This document shows positions 8,287-17,531 of a stretch of DNA of 20,000 bases, in pieces. The position numbers and the translations under genes are program-made. How positions within the stretch are numbered: position 1 is the stretch's first letter; the number at the start of each line of letters is the position of its first letter. The notes beneath the pieces were generated by a model. The model had not been told where the DNA came from, did no database searches, and saw only the letters and a program-made list of their open reading frames with translations. This DNA comes from Kiritimatiellia bacterium (GTDB lineage Bacteria > Verrucomicrobiota > Kiritimatiellia > RFP12 > JBMNHG01), in contig JBMNHG010000002.1 in NCBI GenBank assembly GCA_050950285.1, positions 484,654-504,653 of the forward strand, written 5' to 3'.

Positions 8287-9302
8287 CCCTCGTCCTCGCC
8301 CCGATGCGCGGCATCACGGGACGCGCCTTCCGCTGCGCGTTCGCCCGCCATTTCACGGGACTCGATCTCGCTGTCTCCCCCTTCGTCCCGACCGTCCGCG
8401 GCGATCGCGTCAAACCCTCCCACCTCCGCGACTTGCAACCCGTCGCAGGCTTCCCCGACCTCCCGCTCGTGCCGCAGGTGATCGGAAAGGATCCCGGCGA
8501 TTTCGCGCGAATGATCCGCGAACTGCTCGACAACGGCTTCGACGCCGTCGACCTCAACGCCGGATGCCCCTGGAAAATGGTCGTTCGCAAGGGGCGCGGC
8601 GCGGGATTGCTGGAGGACGCGGACGCCCTTCGCCGGATGCTCGACGCGGGATGCTCCGTCGCTCCCGGACGCCTTTCCATCAAGGTCCGCCTCGGGATAC
8701 GTTCGGCGGACACGCTCCCCGCGCGCATGGATCTCCTGAACGGATACCCCCTCCGCATCGTGACCATCCATCCGCGCACGGCCCGGCAGATGTACGAGGG
8801 TTCCGTCGATCTGGACGCCTTCGAAGCGTGTGCGGCGGCATGCCGCCATCCCGTGGCCTACAACGGCGACATCCGCACCCCGTCCGGCCTGCGGAGCCTG
8901 CGCGAACGCTTCCCCTTCGTTGCCGCCTGGATGATCGGACGGGGCGTGGCGGCAAACCCCTTCCTGCCCGAGGAAATCCGCGGAAAAACGGCACGCCGCG
9001 ATTTCGCGCGGCTGCAGGCCTTCCTGGAGGATTTCGTCGAGTTGACGAAGCATGAGGTCCCGGGACCGTCGGGCGTGCTCGGACGGCTGAAGGAGCTGTG
9101 GTCGCACCTCTCCGCTTCCATCCCGGGGGGCGGGCGCCTCTGGCAGGGCATCCGGCTTTGCCGGACGATGGCCGAATACGAATCCGTCATCGCCCCTTGG
9201 TTCGCAAGGGAGACGGCCCGCCTCGTCGAGCCAGCAGCTCCGCCCGCCAGCCGCTGCGAATCGACGGAGGCGCGAGCGGACGTTGCTCCAGATCGGCAAT
9301 GA
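8283..9302 (+). CDS. tRNA-dihydrouridine synthase family flavoprotein
   Basis: GTG start overlapping the murG stop (GTGA). LAPMRGIT, DLNAGCP (catalytic Cys), GAGLL, SIKVRLG, TIHPRT, YNGDI, MIGRG. Confidence 0.9.
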   Translation: MTLVLAPMRGITGRAFRCAFARHFTGLDLAVSPFVPTVRGDRVKPSHLRDLQPVAGFPDLPLVPQVIGKDPGDFARMIRELLDNGFDAVDLNAGCPWKMVVRKGRGAGLLEDADALRRMLDAGCSVAPGRLSIKVRLGIRSADTLPARMDLLNGYPLRIVTIHPRTARQMYEGSVDLDAFEACAAACRHPVAYNGDIRTPSGLRSLRERFPFVAAWMIGRGVAANPFLPEEIRGKTARRDFARLQAFLEDFVELTKHEVPGPSGVLGRLKELWSHLSASIPGGGRLWQGIRLCRTMAEYESVIAPWFARETARLVEPAAPPASRCESTEARADVAPDRQ

Positions 9303-10338
9303 CCGCAGCTTCCAGGTTGGCGCGAGAGGCGATCACGGCGGGGTCGATCCCGAAGGGCTTCGCTTTCCCGGCGATGAAGGCACGGAGCTCGCCGACCCTC
9401 CCCTTCAACTCCTCGCGGGAAATGGTCGCGGACGGGGCGGAACGGGGGAGTTCCTCCTCGGGAAGACGCATCGCGTCCCCGATGCAGCGGAGGACGGCCT
9501 TCCCGCGCCCATCCTTCTTCTTCCCCCATGACCGCGGCACGCCGCGAATTTCCAGCAACTCGGGAACCGTGGCCGGAAGCGCATGCGCGATGTCGACAAG
9601 GCATTCGTCCGTGAGCCAAAAGCCTCTCGGAACGTCGCTCTCGCGCGCGGAAACCTCCCGCCATGCGGCAAGCTCGCGGAGGACGGCCCGCTTCCGCGCA
9701 TCCAGGGACGCCATGCCCTTCACCCGCCGCCACGCCTCGCGAGGGTCGCGGTCGAGACTGTCGTTGGAGGCCGTCCGGGACGCCATCTCCTCCATCATCC
9801 AGGCGCGGACCTCGTCATCGACGCAACGGGCGAGCAGCCGTTCCCGCGCCTCCAGCAGGTAGGCCACGTCCTCTGCGGCGTACTTCAACTGCTGCGGGCG
9901 AAGCGGGCGGGCAATCCAGTTCGAGCGGGTTTCGCCCTTCGAAAGCTCCACGCCCAAAAGTTCGAGGACGAGCGCATGGAGCGACAGCCCAACCGGCAAT
10001 CTGCAAAAGCCCGCCGCGACGCTGGTGTCGAAAACGGTGGCCGGCTGAACCCCCGCAGCCCGCGCCAGGATGGCCAGATCCTGCGTGGCATCGTGAAGCA
10101 CCTTCACGACCGACGCATCCGCCAGCACGGCGCCAAGCGGGGACAAATCGGGAATCTTCACGGAATCCACCAGCCCGATGCGCCCCTGGTCGTCCGCCAG
10201 CTGCACCAGCCCGAGACGGGGATAGTAGGTGCGCGTCCAGAGGAACTCCGTGTCCAGGGCGATGGCGCGGCATCCGCGAAGGGCCACGCAAAGCTCGTCC
10301 AACGCCTTCGGCGATTCGATCAAGAGAGGGTCGGTCAT
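9187..10338 (-). CDS. rnd: Ribonuclease D (DEDDy 3'-5' exonuclease with HRDC)
   Basis: IALDTEF, TYYPRLGLVQ, KVLHDATQDL, FDT, SNWIARPL, YAAEDV, LAAWRE...ARESDVP (HRDC), terminal GWR. Confidence 0.93.
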   Translation of the reverse strand: MTDPLLIESPKALDELCVALRGCRAIALDTEFLWTRTYYPRLGLVQLADDQGRIGLVDSVKIPDLSPLGAVLADASVVKVLHDATQDLAILARAAGVQPATVFDTSVAAGFCRLPVGLSLHALVLELLGVELSKGETRSNWIARPLRPQQLKYAAEDVAYLLEARERLLARCVDDEVRAWMMEEMASRTASNDSLDRDPREAWRRVKGMASLDARKRAVLRELAAWREVSARESDVPRGFWLTDECLVDIAHALPATVPELLEIRGVPRSWGKKKDGRGKAVLRCIGDAMRLPEEELPRSAPSATISREELKGRVGELRAFIAGKAKPFGIDPAVIASRANLEAAVIADLEQRPLAPPSIRSGWRAELLARRGGPSPLRTKGR

Positions 10339-10350
10339 GACAGGTCAATC

Positions 10351-10379
10351 GTTGTACCAGAGCATCGCGCCCCATGCAA
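10351..10379 (-). promoter_or_regulatory. Sigma70-like extended -10 promoter for rnd
   Basis: Minus strand TTGCAT (10379-10374), 17 bp, TGn-TACAAC (10356-10351); 12 nt before ATG 10338. Confidence 0.5.
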
Positions 10380-10410
10380 CGCCGATTCGCCCGCGACCCA
10401 GTCCTTCGCA

Positions 10411-10474
10411 TTGAAAAATCTTCCCATGCGGGGGAATATCCGCGATACTGTTCCTTTTCGTTATCAAAAGAGGA
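10411..10474 (+). promoter_or_regulatory. Possible folD promoter and SD
   Basis: TTGAAA (10411)-17-GAATAT, or TTCCCA (10421)-17-GATACT. AGAGGA at 10469-10474 upstream of ATG 10481. Confidence 0.35.
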
Positions 10475-10480
10475 TGTGAC

Positions 10481-11362
10481 ATGGCAGCTACCCTGATTGA
10501 CGGCAAAGCGATCGCGGCGGGAATTCGCGCGGAGATCGCGCGCGCCGTGGCCGACCAGATCGCGGCAGGCGGCGAGCGCCCCGGGCTCGGCGTGCTGCTC
10601 GTGGGCGACAACCCCGCCTCTCTTTCGTACGTCACGGGCAAGGAGAAAGCCTGCTCCGAGGCCGGCATGCGTTCCATCGAACACCGTCTCCCCGCCATCG
10701 CCTCCACCGAGGACGTGCTCCAGGTAATCGCCGAAATGAACGCCGACGCACGTATCCACGGCGTGCTCGTGCAGCTCCCGCTTCCCGGCCCGGTCGATGA
10801 AAACCGCGTGATCGACGCCATTGCGCCGGAAAAGGACGTGGACGGCTTCACCGCCGGGAACGTCGGCCGCATGATGCTGGGGCGTCCCTGCTTCCTGCCC
10901 TGCACGCCCAACGCCATCCTCCGGCTCCTTGACCACTCCGGCATCGAGACCGACGGCCGCCACGTCGTGGTTGTCGGCCGCAGCAACATCGTCGGCAAAC
11001 CCATCGCCCAGCTTCTCGCGCGCAAGCGCCCCGGTCCGAATGCGACCGTGACGATGTGCCACACCGGCACGCGCGATCTCGGCGCCTTCACGCGCCAGGC
11101 GGACATCCTGGTCGTGGCGACGGGACGCCCCCGTACCATCACGGCGGACATGGTGAAACCGGGCGCCGCCGTGATCGACGTGGGCGTGAACCGGATTCCG
11201 AATCCGACGAAGAAGGCCGGCTTCCACCTTGAGGGCGATGTCGATTTCGCCGCCGTCAAGGAGGTCGCCGGCTGGATCACCCCCGTCCCGGGCGGCGTTG
11301 GCCCGATGACGATTACGATGCTTCTCCTGAACACCCTCGAGGCCGCCCGTCGCACCTCGTAG
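10481..11362 (+). CDS. folD: Bifunctional methylene-THF dehydrogenase/cyclohydrolase
   Basis: IDGKAIA, VGDNPASLSYV, GVLVQLPLP, EKDVDG, PCTP, VGRSNIVGKP, VIDVGVNR, ITPVPGGVGPMT. Confidence 0.97.
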   Translation: MAATLIDGKAIAAGIRAEIARAVADQIAAGGERPGLGVLLVGDNPASLSYVTGKEKACSEAGMRSIEHRLPAIASTEDVLQVIAEMNADARIHGVLVQLPLPGPVDENRVIDAIAPEKDVDGFTAGNVGRMMLGRPCFLPCTPNAILRLLDHSGIETDGRHVVVVGRSNIVGKPIAQLLARKRPGPNATVTMCHTGTRDLGAFTRQADILVVATGRPRTITADMVKPGAAVIDVGVNRIPNPTKKAGFHLEGDVDFAAVKEVAGWITPVPGGVGPMTITMLLLNTLEAARRTS

Positions 11363-11376
11363 GGGGCGGTGCGGAC

Positions 11377-11571
11377 TCACGAGGCAACGGACGCCTTCCG
11401 CAACGCTGCGGGAAGTTTCCCCCATGCCCGGACGAGGTTGACCAGCCCCTTCTTCCGTTGGATGCGGCTCGCAAAGAGGAGGGTGCGGGACGAGGAGCCG
11501 GACCATCGAGGAACGGCAGGCGGCGTCTCCGCGCGGATGCCCGGCGGTGCGATGGCGACGGGATTCCTCAT
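11377..11571 (-). pseudogene. 64-aa internal fragment of a GT4 (glycosyltransferase group 1) gene
   Basis: Tail of shadow ORF 11377..12951: MRNPVAIAPPGI...RTLLFASRIQRKKGLVNLVRAWGKL resembles the GT4 xIPNGV linker and LFxxRxxxxKGxxxLxxAW motif. ATG overlaps the peptidase stop (ATGA). Confidence 0.6.
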
Positions 11572-12710
11572 TCGTCCAGCGACAAGTCCCAGGAGCGTGG
11601 GGCGGTGCTGAGGATTTCGCAGCCGTCGCGGGTGACGAGCGCGACATCCTCGATGCGCACGCCGATTCTTCCGGGGATGTACACGCCGGGCTCGATGGTG
11701 ACGACCATCCCGGGTTCGAGCTTCCCGGTGGCTCGTGGGGCGGCCGTGGGCGCTTCGTGCACCTCGAGGCCCACGCCGTGACCGAGCGAATGGGTGAAAT
11801 ATTTCCCGTAGCCGGCCCGTTCGAGGGAATCCCGCGCGATGGCGTCGAGTTCCGCGCCGGTCATGCCGGGGCGGAGGCTGGCGGCGGCAAGGCGGTTGGC
11901 GGCGAGGACGGCGGCATGGACTTCGCGGAAGAGTTTCCGCGGCCTGCCGAAGAAGCAGGTGCGCGTGAGGTCGGCGCAGTAGTGGTCGAGCTTGAGGCCG
12001 ATGTCGAGGAGGAGGGATTGGTTTTCGGCGAGGGTGGCGAGTCCGGGATGGTGGTGGGGTTCGGCGGCGGTCGCACCCGCGCAGACGATGGCGTCGAAGG
12101 ATTCGCCCTGGCCGAAGGTGTCGGCGAAGCGGCGCACGAGGTTGCGGATTTCCCACTCGGTCATTCCGGGGCGCACGGCGAGCTGGACGGCGCGCATCAT
12201 GCGGTCGTTCGCGGCGCAAGCGGCGCGCAGGGCGCGTTGTTCGCGGGGGGATTTGACGGCGCGCTGCCGTTTGGCGATGGCGGAGGCGTCCTTCCAGTCG
12301 TCCGGGCCGCGGCCGATGCGCCCGAGGAGGCGGCGGAGTGCGTTGGCCGGCATTTCGCCTTCGAGTCCGACGGCCTTCCAGGATCGGACGATGCGGCGGA
12401 GTTGGGCGTCGAGTTTGTCGCCGCGTTGGAAGACGGCACACGGGAGGAAGGGGAGCTGGGCGCGGGCGGCGGCGATGTAGCGGGAGTCGGTGAAGAACGA
12501 GGCGCCATCCCGGGCGTCCACGGCAAGCAAGCCGTGGGTGGACTCGAAGCCGGAATAGTAGAGGCGCGCGAGCGGATCGACGAAGAGCGCTCCGTCGAGC
12601 TTGTCCCGGCGGAGGAGGGTCTGGAGGCGGCGGATGCGCCCGGTGTATTCCGCGGCGGGGAACGGGCGTGGCGGGCGCAGGCAGGGGGCGGGGGAACCGG
12701 CAGGGCTCAT
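11568..12710 (-). CDS. Xaa-Pro aminopeptidase/dipeptidase (M24B) with creatinase-like N-domain
   Basis: C-terminal part of track ORF 11568..14495, from MSPAGS. FTDSRY, RAVKSPRE, PHH, LLLDIG, YCADLTRT, HSLGHGVGLEVHE, TIEPGVY, GVRIED. ATGA overlap with thiD. Confidence 0.92.
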   Translation of the reverse strand: MSPAGSPAPCLRPPRPFPAAEYTGRIRRLQTLLRRDKLDGALFVDPLARLYYSGFESTHGLLAVDARDGASFFTDSRYIAAARAQLPFLPCAVFQRGDKLDAQLRRIVRSWKAVGLEGEMPANALRRLLGRIGRGPDDWKDASAIAKRQRAVKSPREQRALRAACAANDRMMRAVQLAVRPGMTEWEIRNLVRRFADTFGQGESFDAIVCAGATAAEPHHHPGLATLAENQSLLLDIGLKLDHYCADLTRTCFFGRPRKLFREVHAAVLAANRLAAASLRPGMTGAELDAIARDSLERAGYGKYFTHSLGHGVGLEVHEAPTAAPRATGKLEPGMVVTIEPGVYIPGRIGVRIEDVALVTRDGCEILSTAPRSWDLSLDE

Positions 12711-13543
12711 AGCGGATGGATTTCGACGAGGTCGCGCGGAAGGGATCGGGGGAGCCCGAGCACGGCGGCGTCCGGGCCGACCCAGACGCAGGTTCGGAGC
12801 GCCTCGTAGATGCAGGCCTTCCCGAGGGCGACGGCCTCCAGCAACGGCATGCCGCGCGCAAGGGCGGCGGCGATGGCGGAGGAGAGGGTGCAGCCCGTGC
12901 CGTGGGTGGAGAGCGGGGCGTCGACGACGGGCGAAACGAGCTCCCAGACACGGCCGCCGATGCACAGGACGTCCCGCGTGGGATCGACCGGATCGTGTCC
13001 GCCCTTTACCAGCGTGGCGCAACCGTAGCGGGCGGTGAGTTCGCGGGCGGCGCGGCGGGCGCTTTCGATCCCGCGGACGTGGAAGCCGGCGAGGACCTCG
13101 GCTTCGGGCTGGTTCGGCGTGATGAGCGCGGCGCGGGGGAGGAGGGTGCGGGCGAGGGTGTCGATGGCGTCGTCGCGGAGCAGTTTCGCCCCGCTGGTGG
13201 CGACCATCACCGGATCGGCGACGAGCGGGATGCCGGGATGCGCGGAGAGCGCGTCCGCGACCGTCGCGATGGTCTCCGAGTCGGCGAGCATTCCGGTTTT
13301 GACGGCATCCACGGCATAGGCGTCGAAGATGGCGGAGAGCTGGAGGCGGAGGAAGTCGCCGGGAACGGGCAGGATGCCGCGCACGCCCGAGGGGTTCTGC
13401 GCGGTGAGGGCCGCGAAGGCGGTGCACCCATGGACGCCGAGGGCGTGGAACGACCGGAGATCCGCTTGGATGCCGGCGTTGCCACCGCTGTCGCTGCCAG
13501 CGATGGTGAGCGCCACGGGGATGGAGGGAGAAGGTGGTTTCAT
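12707..13543 (-). CDS. thiD: Hydroxymethylpyrimidine/phosphomethylpyrimidine kinase
   Basis: ALTIAGSDSGGNAGIQADL, LTAQN, VKTGML, DPVMVATSG, ITPNQPEAE, LVKGGH, THGTGCTLSSAIA. Confidence 0.95.
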   Translation of the reverse strand: MKPPSPSIPVALTIAGSDSGGNAGIQADLRSFHALGVHGCTAFAALTAQNPSGVRGILPVPGDFLRLQLSAIFDAYAVDAVKTGMLADSETIATVADALSAHPGIPLVADPVMVATSGAKLLRDDAIDTLARTLLPRAALITPNQPEAEVLAGFHVRGIESARRAARELTARYGCATLVKGGHDPVDPTRDVLCIGGRVWELVSPVVDAPLSTHGTGCTLSSAIAAALARGMPLLEAVALGKACIYEALRTCVWVGPDAAVLGLPRSLPRDLVEIHPL

Positions 13544-13594
13544 GGAGGAGCGACAAGGCGGACGTTCGCGGTCGGCAGGCGGGCGGAGGGGGAA

Positions 13595-16500
13595 TCAGGA
13601 GCGCCGGCGTCGCGCGACGAAGTCGTATGCGTTGCGGAACATGCGCATCCAAGGCCCATCCTCGTTCACGAAGAGGCCGTCGGGGCGATAGGGGAGCTGG
13701 ATGGAGCGGAAGCCGCGCTCCGGGTGGGGCATCATGATGGTGACGCGGCCGTCCGCGGAGGTGAAGCCCGTCGCTCCGCCGGCGGAGCCGCTCGGGTTGT
13801 AGGGGTAGACTTCGGTGGGGAGGCCTCGGGTATCGACATAGCGCAGGGCGATGCCGTGCGCGGCGGCCAGGCGCGCCGCGGATTCCTCCGACGCGAAGCG
13901 GGTGCGGCCTTCGCCGTGGGCCAGCGAAATCGGGATGCGGCTTCCGGCCATCCCGCGCAACAGGATGGAGGGCGAATCGAGCACCTCCACGGTGGTGTAG
14001 CGCGCCTCGAACTGCCCGGAGCGGTTCCGTCCGAAGCGGGGCCAGTCCTGCGTGCCGGGGATGAGGCCGGCCAGTTGCGACACCATCTGGCAGCCATTGC
14101 AGACGCCCAGCGTGAAGGTGCCGGGACGTTCGAAGAAGGCGCGGAACATCGCCTCGAGGCGCGGGCTGAATAGGATGGAGCGGGCCCAGCCGGCGCCGGA
14201 GCCCAGGACGTCGCCGTAGGAGAAGCCGCCGCAGGCGACGAGGCCGTCGAAGGCGTCGAGCGACGCCGAGCCGGCGTGGAGGTCGCTCATGTGCACGTCC
14301 ACGGCGTCGAAGCCGGCGCGGGTGAAGGCGGCGGCCATCTCGACCTGGCCGTTCACGCCTTGCTCGCGGAGAATGGCGATGCGCGGGGGCTGCCGGATGG
14401 AGGCCGTGCACGGGGCGTCCGGATCGTAGGCGAGCGAGAAGGTCATGCCCGGATCGCCGGCATCCGAGGCGATCGCGAATTCCTCGCGGGCGCACGCGGG
14501 GTTGTCGCGTATCTCCTGCATCTTGCAGGTGAGTTCGCTCCAGGCGGAGCGCACGCGGGCGAGCGGTTCGTCGAGGGCGGTGACGCCGTCCACGGCCACG
14601 CGGAAGTGGCGGTGTGGCGTGGAGGCCCCGATGTCGCGCACGGCGTCACCGAGGCCGTGGGCGCGGAAGACGTCCAGCACGGCGCCCGCCTGGTCCGGCG
14701 CCACCTCGAGCACGGCGCCGAGTTCCTCGGAGAAGAGCGCGGCGAGCGGAGAGGCGCCCGGCGAGGGGAGATCGGCGGAGATGCCGCGGCCGCCGGCCAT
14801 CGCCATCTCCGCGAGGGTCACGGCCACGCCGCCGTCGGAGCGGTCGTGGTACGAAAGGGCGAGCCTGCGGGCGACGATCTCCTGCATGGCGGCGAAGAAG
14901 CCGCGGAAGAGGGCGGGGTCGTCGAGGTCGGGCGGGGTGTCGCCGGCTTGTCCGTAGACCTGCGCGAGGGCCGAACCGCCGAGGCGGCCGCGCCCGAGGC
15001 CGAGATCCACGAGCAGCAGGCGGGAGCCGTCCGCCTTGAGGTCCGGGGCCAGGGTGAGGCGGACGTCGGAGACGGGGGAGAAGGCGGTGGCGACGAAGGA
15101 AAGCGGCGCGACCTGGCGCTGCTTCCCGCCCTTCGAGTCCTCCCAAAGGGTGCGCATCGAGAGCGAATCCTTGCCCACCGGGATGGAGATGCCGAGTGCG
15201 GGGCAGAGGTCCATCGCAACGGATTCGACGGTGGCGCGGAGCGCGGCGTCCTCGCCGGGTTCGCCGCAGGCGCACATCCAGTTGCCGGAGAGCTTCACGT
15301 TGCCGATAGGGCCGACGGGGGCGCCGGCCAGGTTCGTGAGGGCTTCGCCGACGGCGAGGCGACCGGAGGCGGGAGCGTCCACGACGGCCACGGGGGCGCG
15401 TTCGCCGGTGGACATGGCCTCGCCGGAAAAGCCGAGGTAGCCGGTGGCGGTGACGGCGTTGTCGGCCACGGGGAGCTGGAAGGGGCCCACCAGCTGATCG
15501 CGGTGGACGAGGCCGGTGACCGAGCGGTCGGTGATGGTGACCAGGAAGTTCTTGTTCGCCACGGCGGGGAGGCGGAGGATGCGTTGGAAGGCATCGGCGG
15601 GTTCCACGCCGTCGAGGTCGAGGGCGGGCGGGACGACGGGGGCGGGGCCGACCTCGCGGGACATGCGCGGGGGATTGCCCAGCAGGGCGCGGATGTCCAT
15701 GTCGATCGGGTTGTCGCCAAAAAGCGGGTCGTGCAGCACGAGCCGCCTGTCGCCGGAGGCCACGCCGATGACGGCGGCGGGGCAGCGTTCGCGCCGGCAG
15801 ATGTCGAAGAAGCGGTCGCGATCCTGCGGGTGGATGGCGAGCACGTAGCGCTCCTGGGCCTCGCAGCACCAGATCTCCATGGGGCTCATGGAGGGTTCCT
15901 CGTTCGGGACGGCGCGGAGATCGAAGCGGGCGCCGGTTTTTTCGACGAGTTCGAGGCATCCGTTGGAAAGGCCTCCGGCGCCGATGTCGTGGATGGCGAG
16001 GATGGGGTTGCCGGAGCCGAGGGCGGTGCACGTGTCGATCACCTCCTGGCAACGGCGTTCCATTTCGGCGTTTCCGCGCTGGACGGAATCGAAGTCGAGG
16101 GCGGCATCGTTGCTTCCGGTGGCCATGGAGGAGGCGGCGCCGCCGCCGAGTCCGATGCGCAGGGCGGGGCCGCCGAGCTGCACGATGAGGTCGCCCGGGG
16201 AGATGGGCTGCTTCTTGATGTGGCCGCGACGGATGTTGCCCATGCCGCCGGCGAGCATGACGGGCTTGTGGAAGCCGCGCCAGGTTCCGGCCACCTTTTG
16301 CTCGTAGGTGCGGAAGAAGCCGCAGAGCTGGGGGCGCCCGAACTCGTTGCCGAAGGCGGCGCCGCCGAGGGGGCCGTCGAGCATGATGTCGAGCGGCGTC
16401 GCGAGGCGGCCGGGGAATTCGGGGGCGGGGGTTTCCCAAGGCATGACGTAGCCGGGCACGCGGAGGTTCGAGACCATGAATCCACAGACGCCGGCCTTGG

Positions 16501-17485
16501 ACTTGCCGCCGACGCCGGTGGCCGTCTCGTCGCGGATTTCGCCGCCGACGCCGGTGGCGGCGCCGGGGAAGGGCGAAATGGCGGTGGGGTGGTTGTGGGT
16601 CTCGACCTTGATCACGAGGTCGATCCGGTCGCGCACGTAGCGGTAGGCGCGCGTGTCGCCGTCCACGCGCAGGGTGTCGGCGTCGAATCCCTCGAGCACG
16701 CCGGCGTTGTCGCTATAGGCCACGAGGGTGCCGTCGGGATGGACGGCGTGGGTGTGGCGGATCATCTGGAAGAGCGACAGGTCGAGGGGGCGGCCGTCTT
16801 TCGTCCAGGAGGCCGTGAAAATCTTGTGGCGGCAGTGTTCGGAGTTCACCTGTCCGAAGGTGACGAGTTCGGTGTCCGTCGGGTTGCGGCCGGCCTGGCG
16901 GCAGACGTCGAGGAGGTAGTCGATCTCTTCCCCGCTGAGCGCGAGGCCCATGGACTGGTTGGCCTCCACGAGGGCGTCTCGTCCGCGGGCGAGCACGTCG
17001 AAGACGCGTCCGCGGGCGGGCTCCTGCCGGTCGAAGAAGCCATCGAGGGAATCGTAGATCCCCTCGGTCATGCGGTCGAAGAAGACGGCGGCCGCGGCGC
17101 CGAGTCCGGCGGCGGACCAGGCCTTGCCCTGCGCGTCGCGCACGGTGAAGAGCACGCCGCGTTCCACGCGCCGCACGGATCCGGAGAGGCCGCAGTTGGT
17201 GAAAATGTCGTATGCCTTGGAGGCCCAGGGCGAGAGCGTTCCCTTGCGCGGCATCACATGGAAGAAGGCGCACCCGGGCTTCTCGAAGGCGCGGGCTTCG
17301 AGAAGCGCCTCCACGCGCGACCGGGACAGGGCGTCCAGCGGGGCGGCGAGATCGAGGAGGTAGACGAAGTGCGCGGAGACCGTCGCGTTCGCAAGACGGG
17401 GCTCGATGGCGGCGAGGCGGGACGCCAGGGCATCGATGCGGAAACCGGAGAAGGCCGGGCGGCCGGCCAGGATCGTCAGGTCCAT
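13595..17485 (-). CDS. purL: Phosphoribosylformylglycinamidine synthase, large single-chain type
   Basis: NSEHCRHKIF, KVETHNHPTAISPFPGAATG, SVQRGNAEMERR, HDIGAGG, EAQERY, GKDSLSM, HDRSDGG, and glutaminase ILREQGVN, GVCNG, MMPHPER. 1296 aa. Confidence 0.98.
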   Translation of the reverse strand: MDLTILAGRPAFSGFRIDALASRLAAIEPRLANATVSAHFVYLLDLAAPLDALSRSRVEALLEARAFEKPGCAFFHVMPRKGTLSPWASKAYDIFTNCGLSGSVRRVERGVLFTVRDAQGKAWSAAGLGAAAAVFFDRMTEGIYDSLDGFFDRQEPARGRVFDVLARGRDALVEANQSMGLALSGEEIDYLLDVCRQAGRNPTDTELVTFGQVNSEHCRHKIFTASWTKDGRPLDLSLFQMIRHTHAVHPDGTLVAYSDNAGVLEGFDADTLRVDGDTRAYRYVRDRIDLVIKVETHNHPTAISPFPGAATGVGGEIRDETATGVGGKSKAGVCGFMVSNLRVPGYVMPWETPAPEFPGRLATPLDIMLDGPLGGAAFGNEFGRPQLCGFFRTYEQKVAGTWRGFHKPVMLAGGMGNIRRGHIKKQPISPGDLIVQLGGPALRIGLGGGAASSMATGSNDAALDFDSVQRGNAEMERRCQEVIDTCTALGSGNPILAIHDIGAGGLSNGCLELVEKTGARFDLRAVPNEEPSMSPMEIWCCEAQERYVLAIHPQDRDRFFDICRRERCPAAVIGVASGDRRLVLHDPLFGDNPIDMDIRALLGNPPRMSREVGPAPVVPPALDLDGVEPADAFQRILRLPAVANKNFLVTITDRSVTGLVHRDQLVGPFQLPVADNAVTATGYLGFSGEAMSTGERAPVAVVDAPASGRLAVGEALTNLAGAPVGPIGNVKLSGNWMCACGEPGEDAALRATVESVAMDLCPALGISIPVGKDSLSMRTLWEDSKGGKQRQVAPLSFVATAFSPVSDVRLTLAPDLKADGSRLLLVDLGLGRGRLGGSALAQVYGQAGDTPPDLDDPALFRGFFAAMQEIVARRLALSYHDRSDGGVAVTLAEMAMAGGRGISADLPSPGASPLAALFSEELGAVLEVAPDQAGAVLDVFRAHGLGDAVRDIGASTPHRHFRVAVDGVTALDEPLARVRSAWSELTCKMQEIRDNPACAREEFAIASDAGDPGMTFSLAYDPDAPCTASIRQPPRIAILREQGVNGQVEMAAAFTRAGFDAVDVHMSDLHAGSASLDAFDGLVACGGFSYGDVLGSGAGWARSILFSPRLEAMFRAFFERPGTFTLGVCNGCQMVSQLAGLIPGTQDWPRFGRNRSGQFEARYTTVEVLDSPSILLRGMAGSRIPISLAHGEGRTRFASEESAARLAAAHGIALRYVDTRGLPTEVYPYNPSGSAGGATGFTSADGRVTIMMPHPERGFRSIQLPYRPDGLFVNEDGPWMRMFRNAYDFVARRRRS

Positions 17486-17531
17486 GGGAGTACCTTGGAA
17501 GGAGGGTGGTGGGCGGAAGAAGGGTTTGTCC

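Noticed and set aside
11568..14495. Apparent 975-aa peptidase fusion; likewise the long N-extensions of ORFs 220..1200, 2427..4457, 5463..7202 and 7359..9302
   Set aside because: The extensions are Arg/Pro-rich off-frame readings of the upstream genes. True starts are marked by ATGA/GTGA overlaps or an SD, so no fusion or programmed frameshift is needed.
17486..17531. purL leader as a purine/ZTP/PRPP riboswitch
   Set aside because: The predicted leader is only about 40 nt, pyrimidine-rich and has no evident structure.
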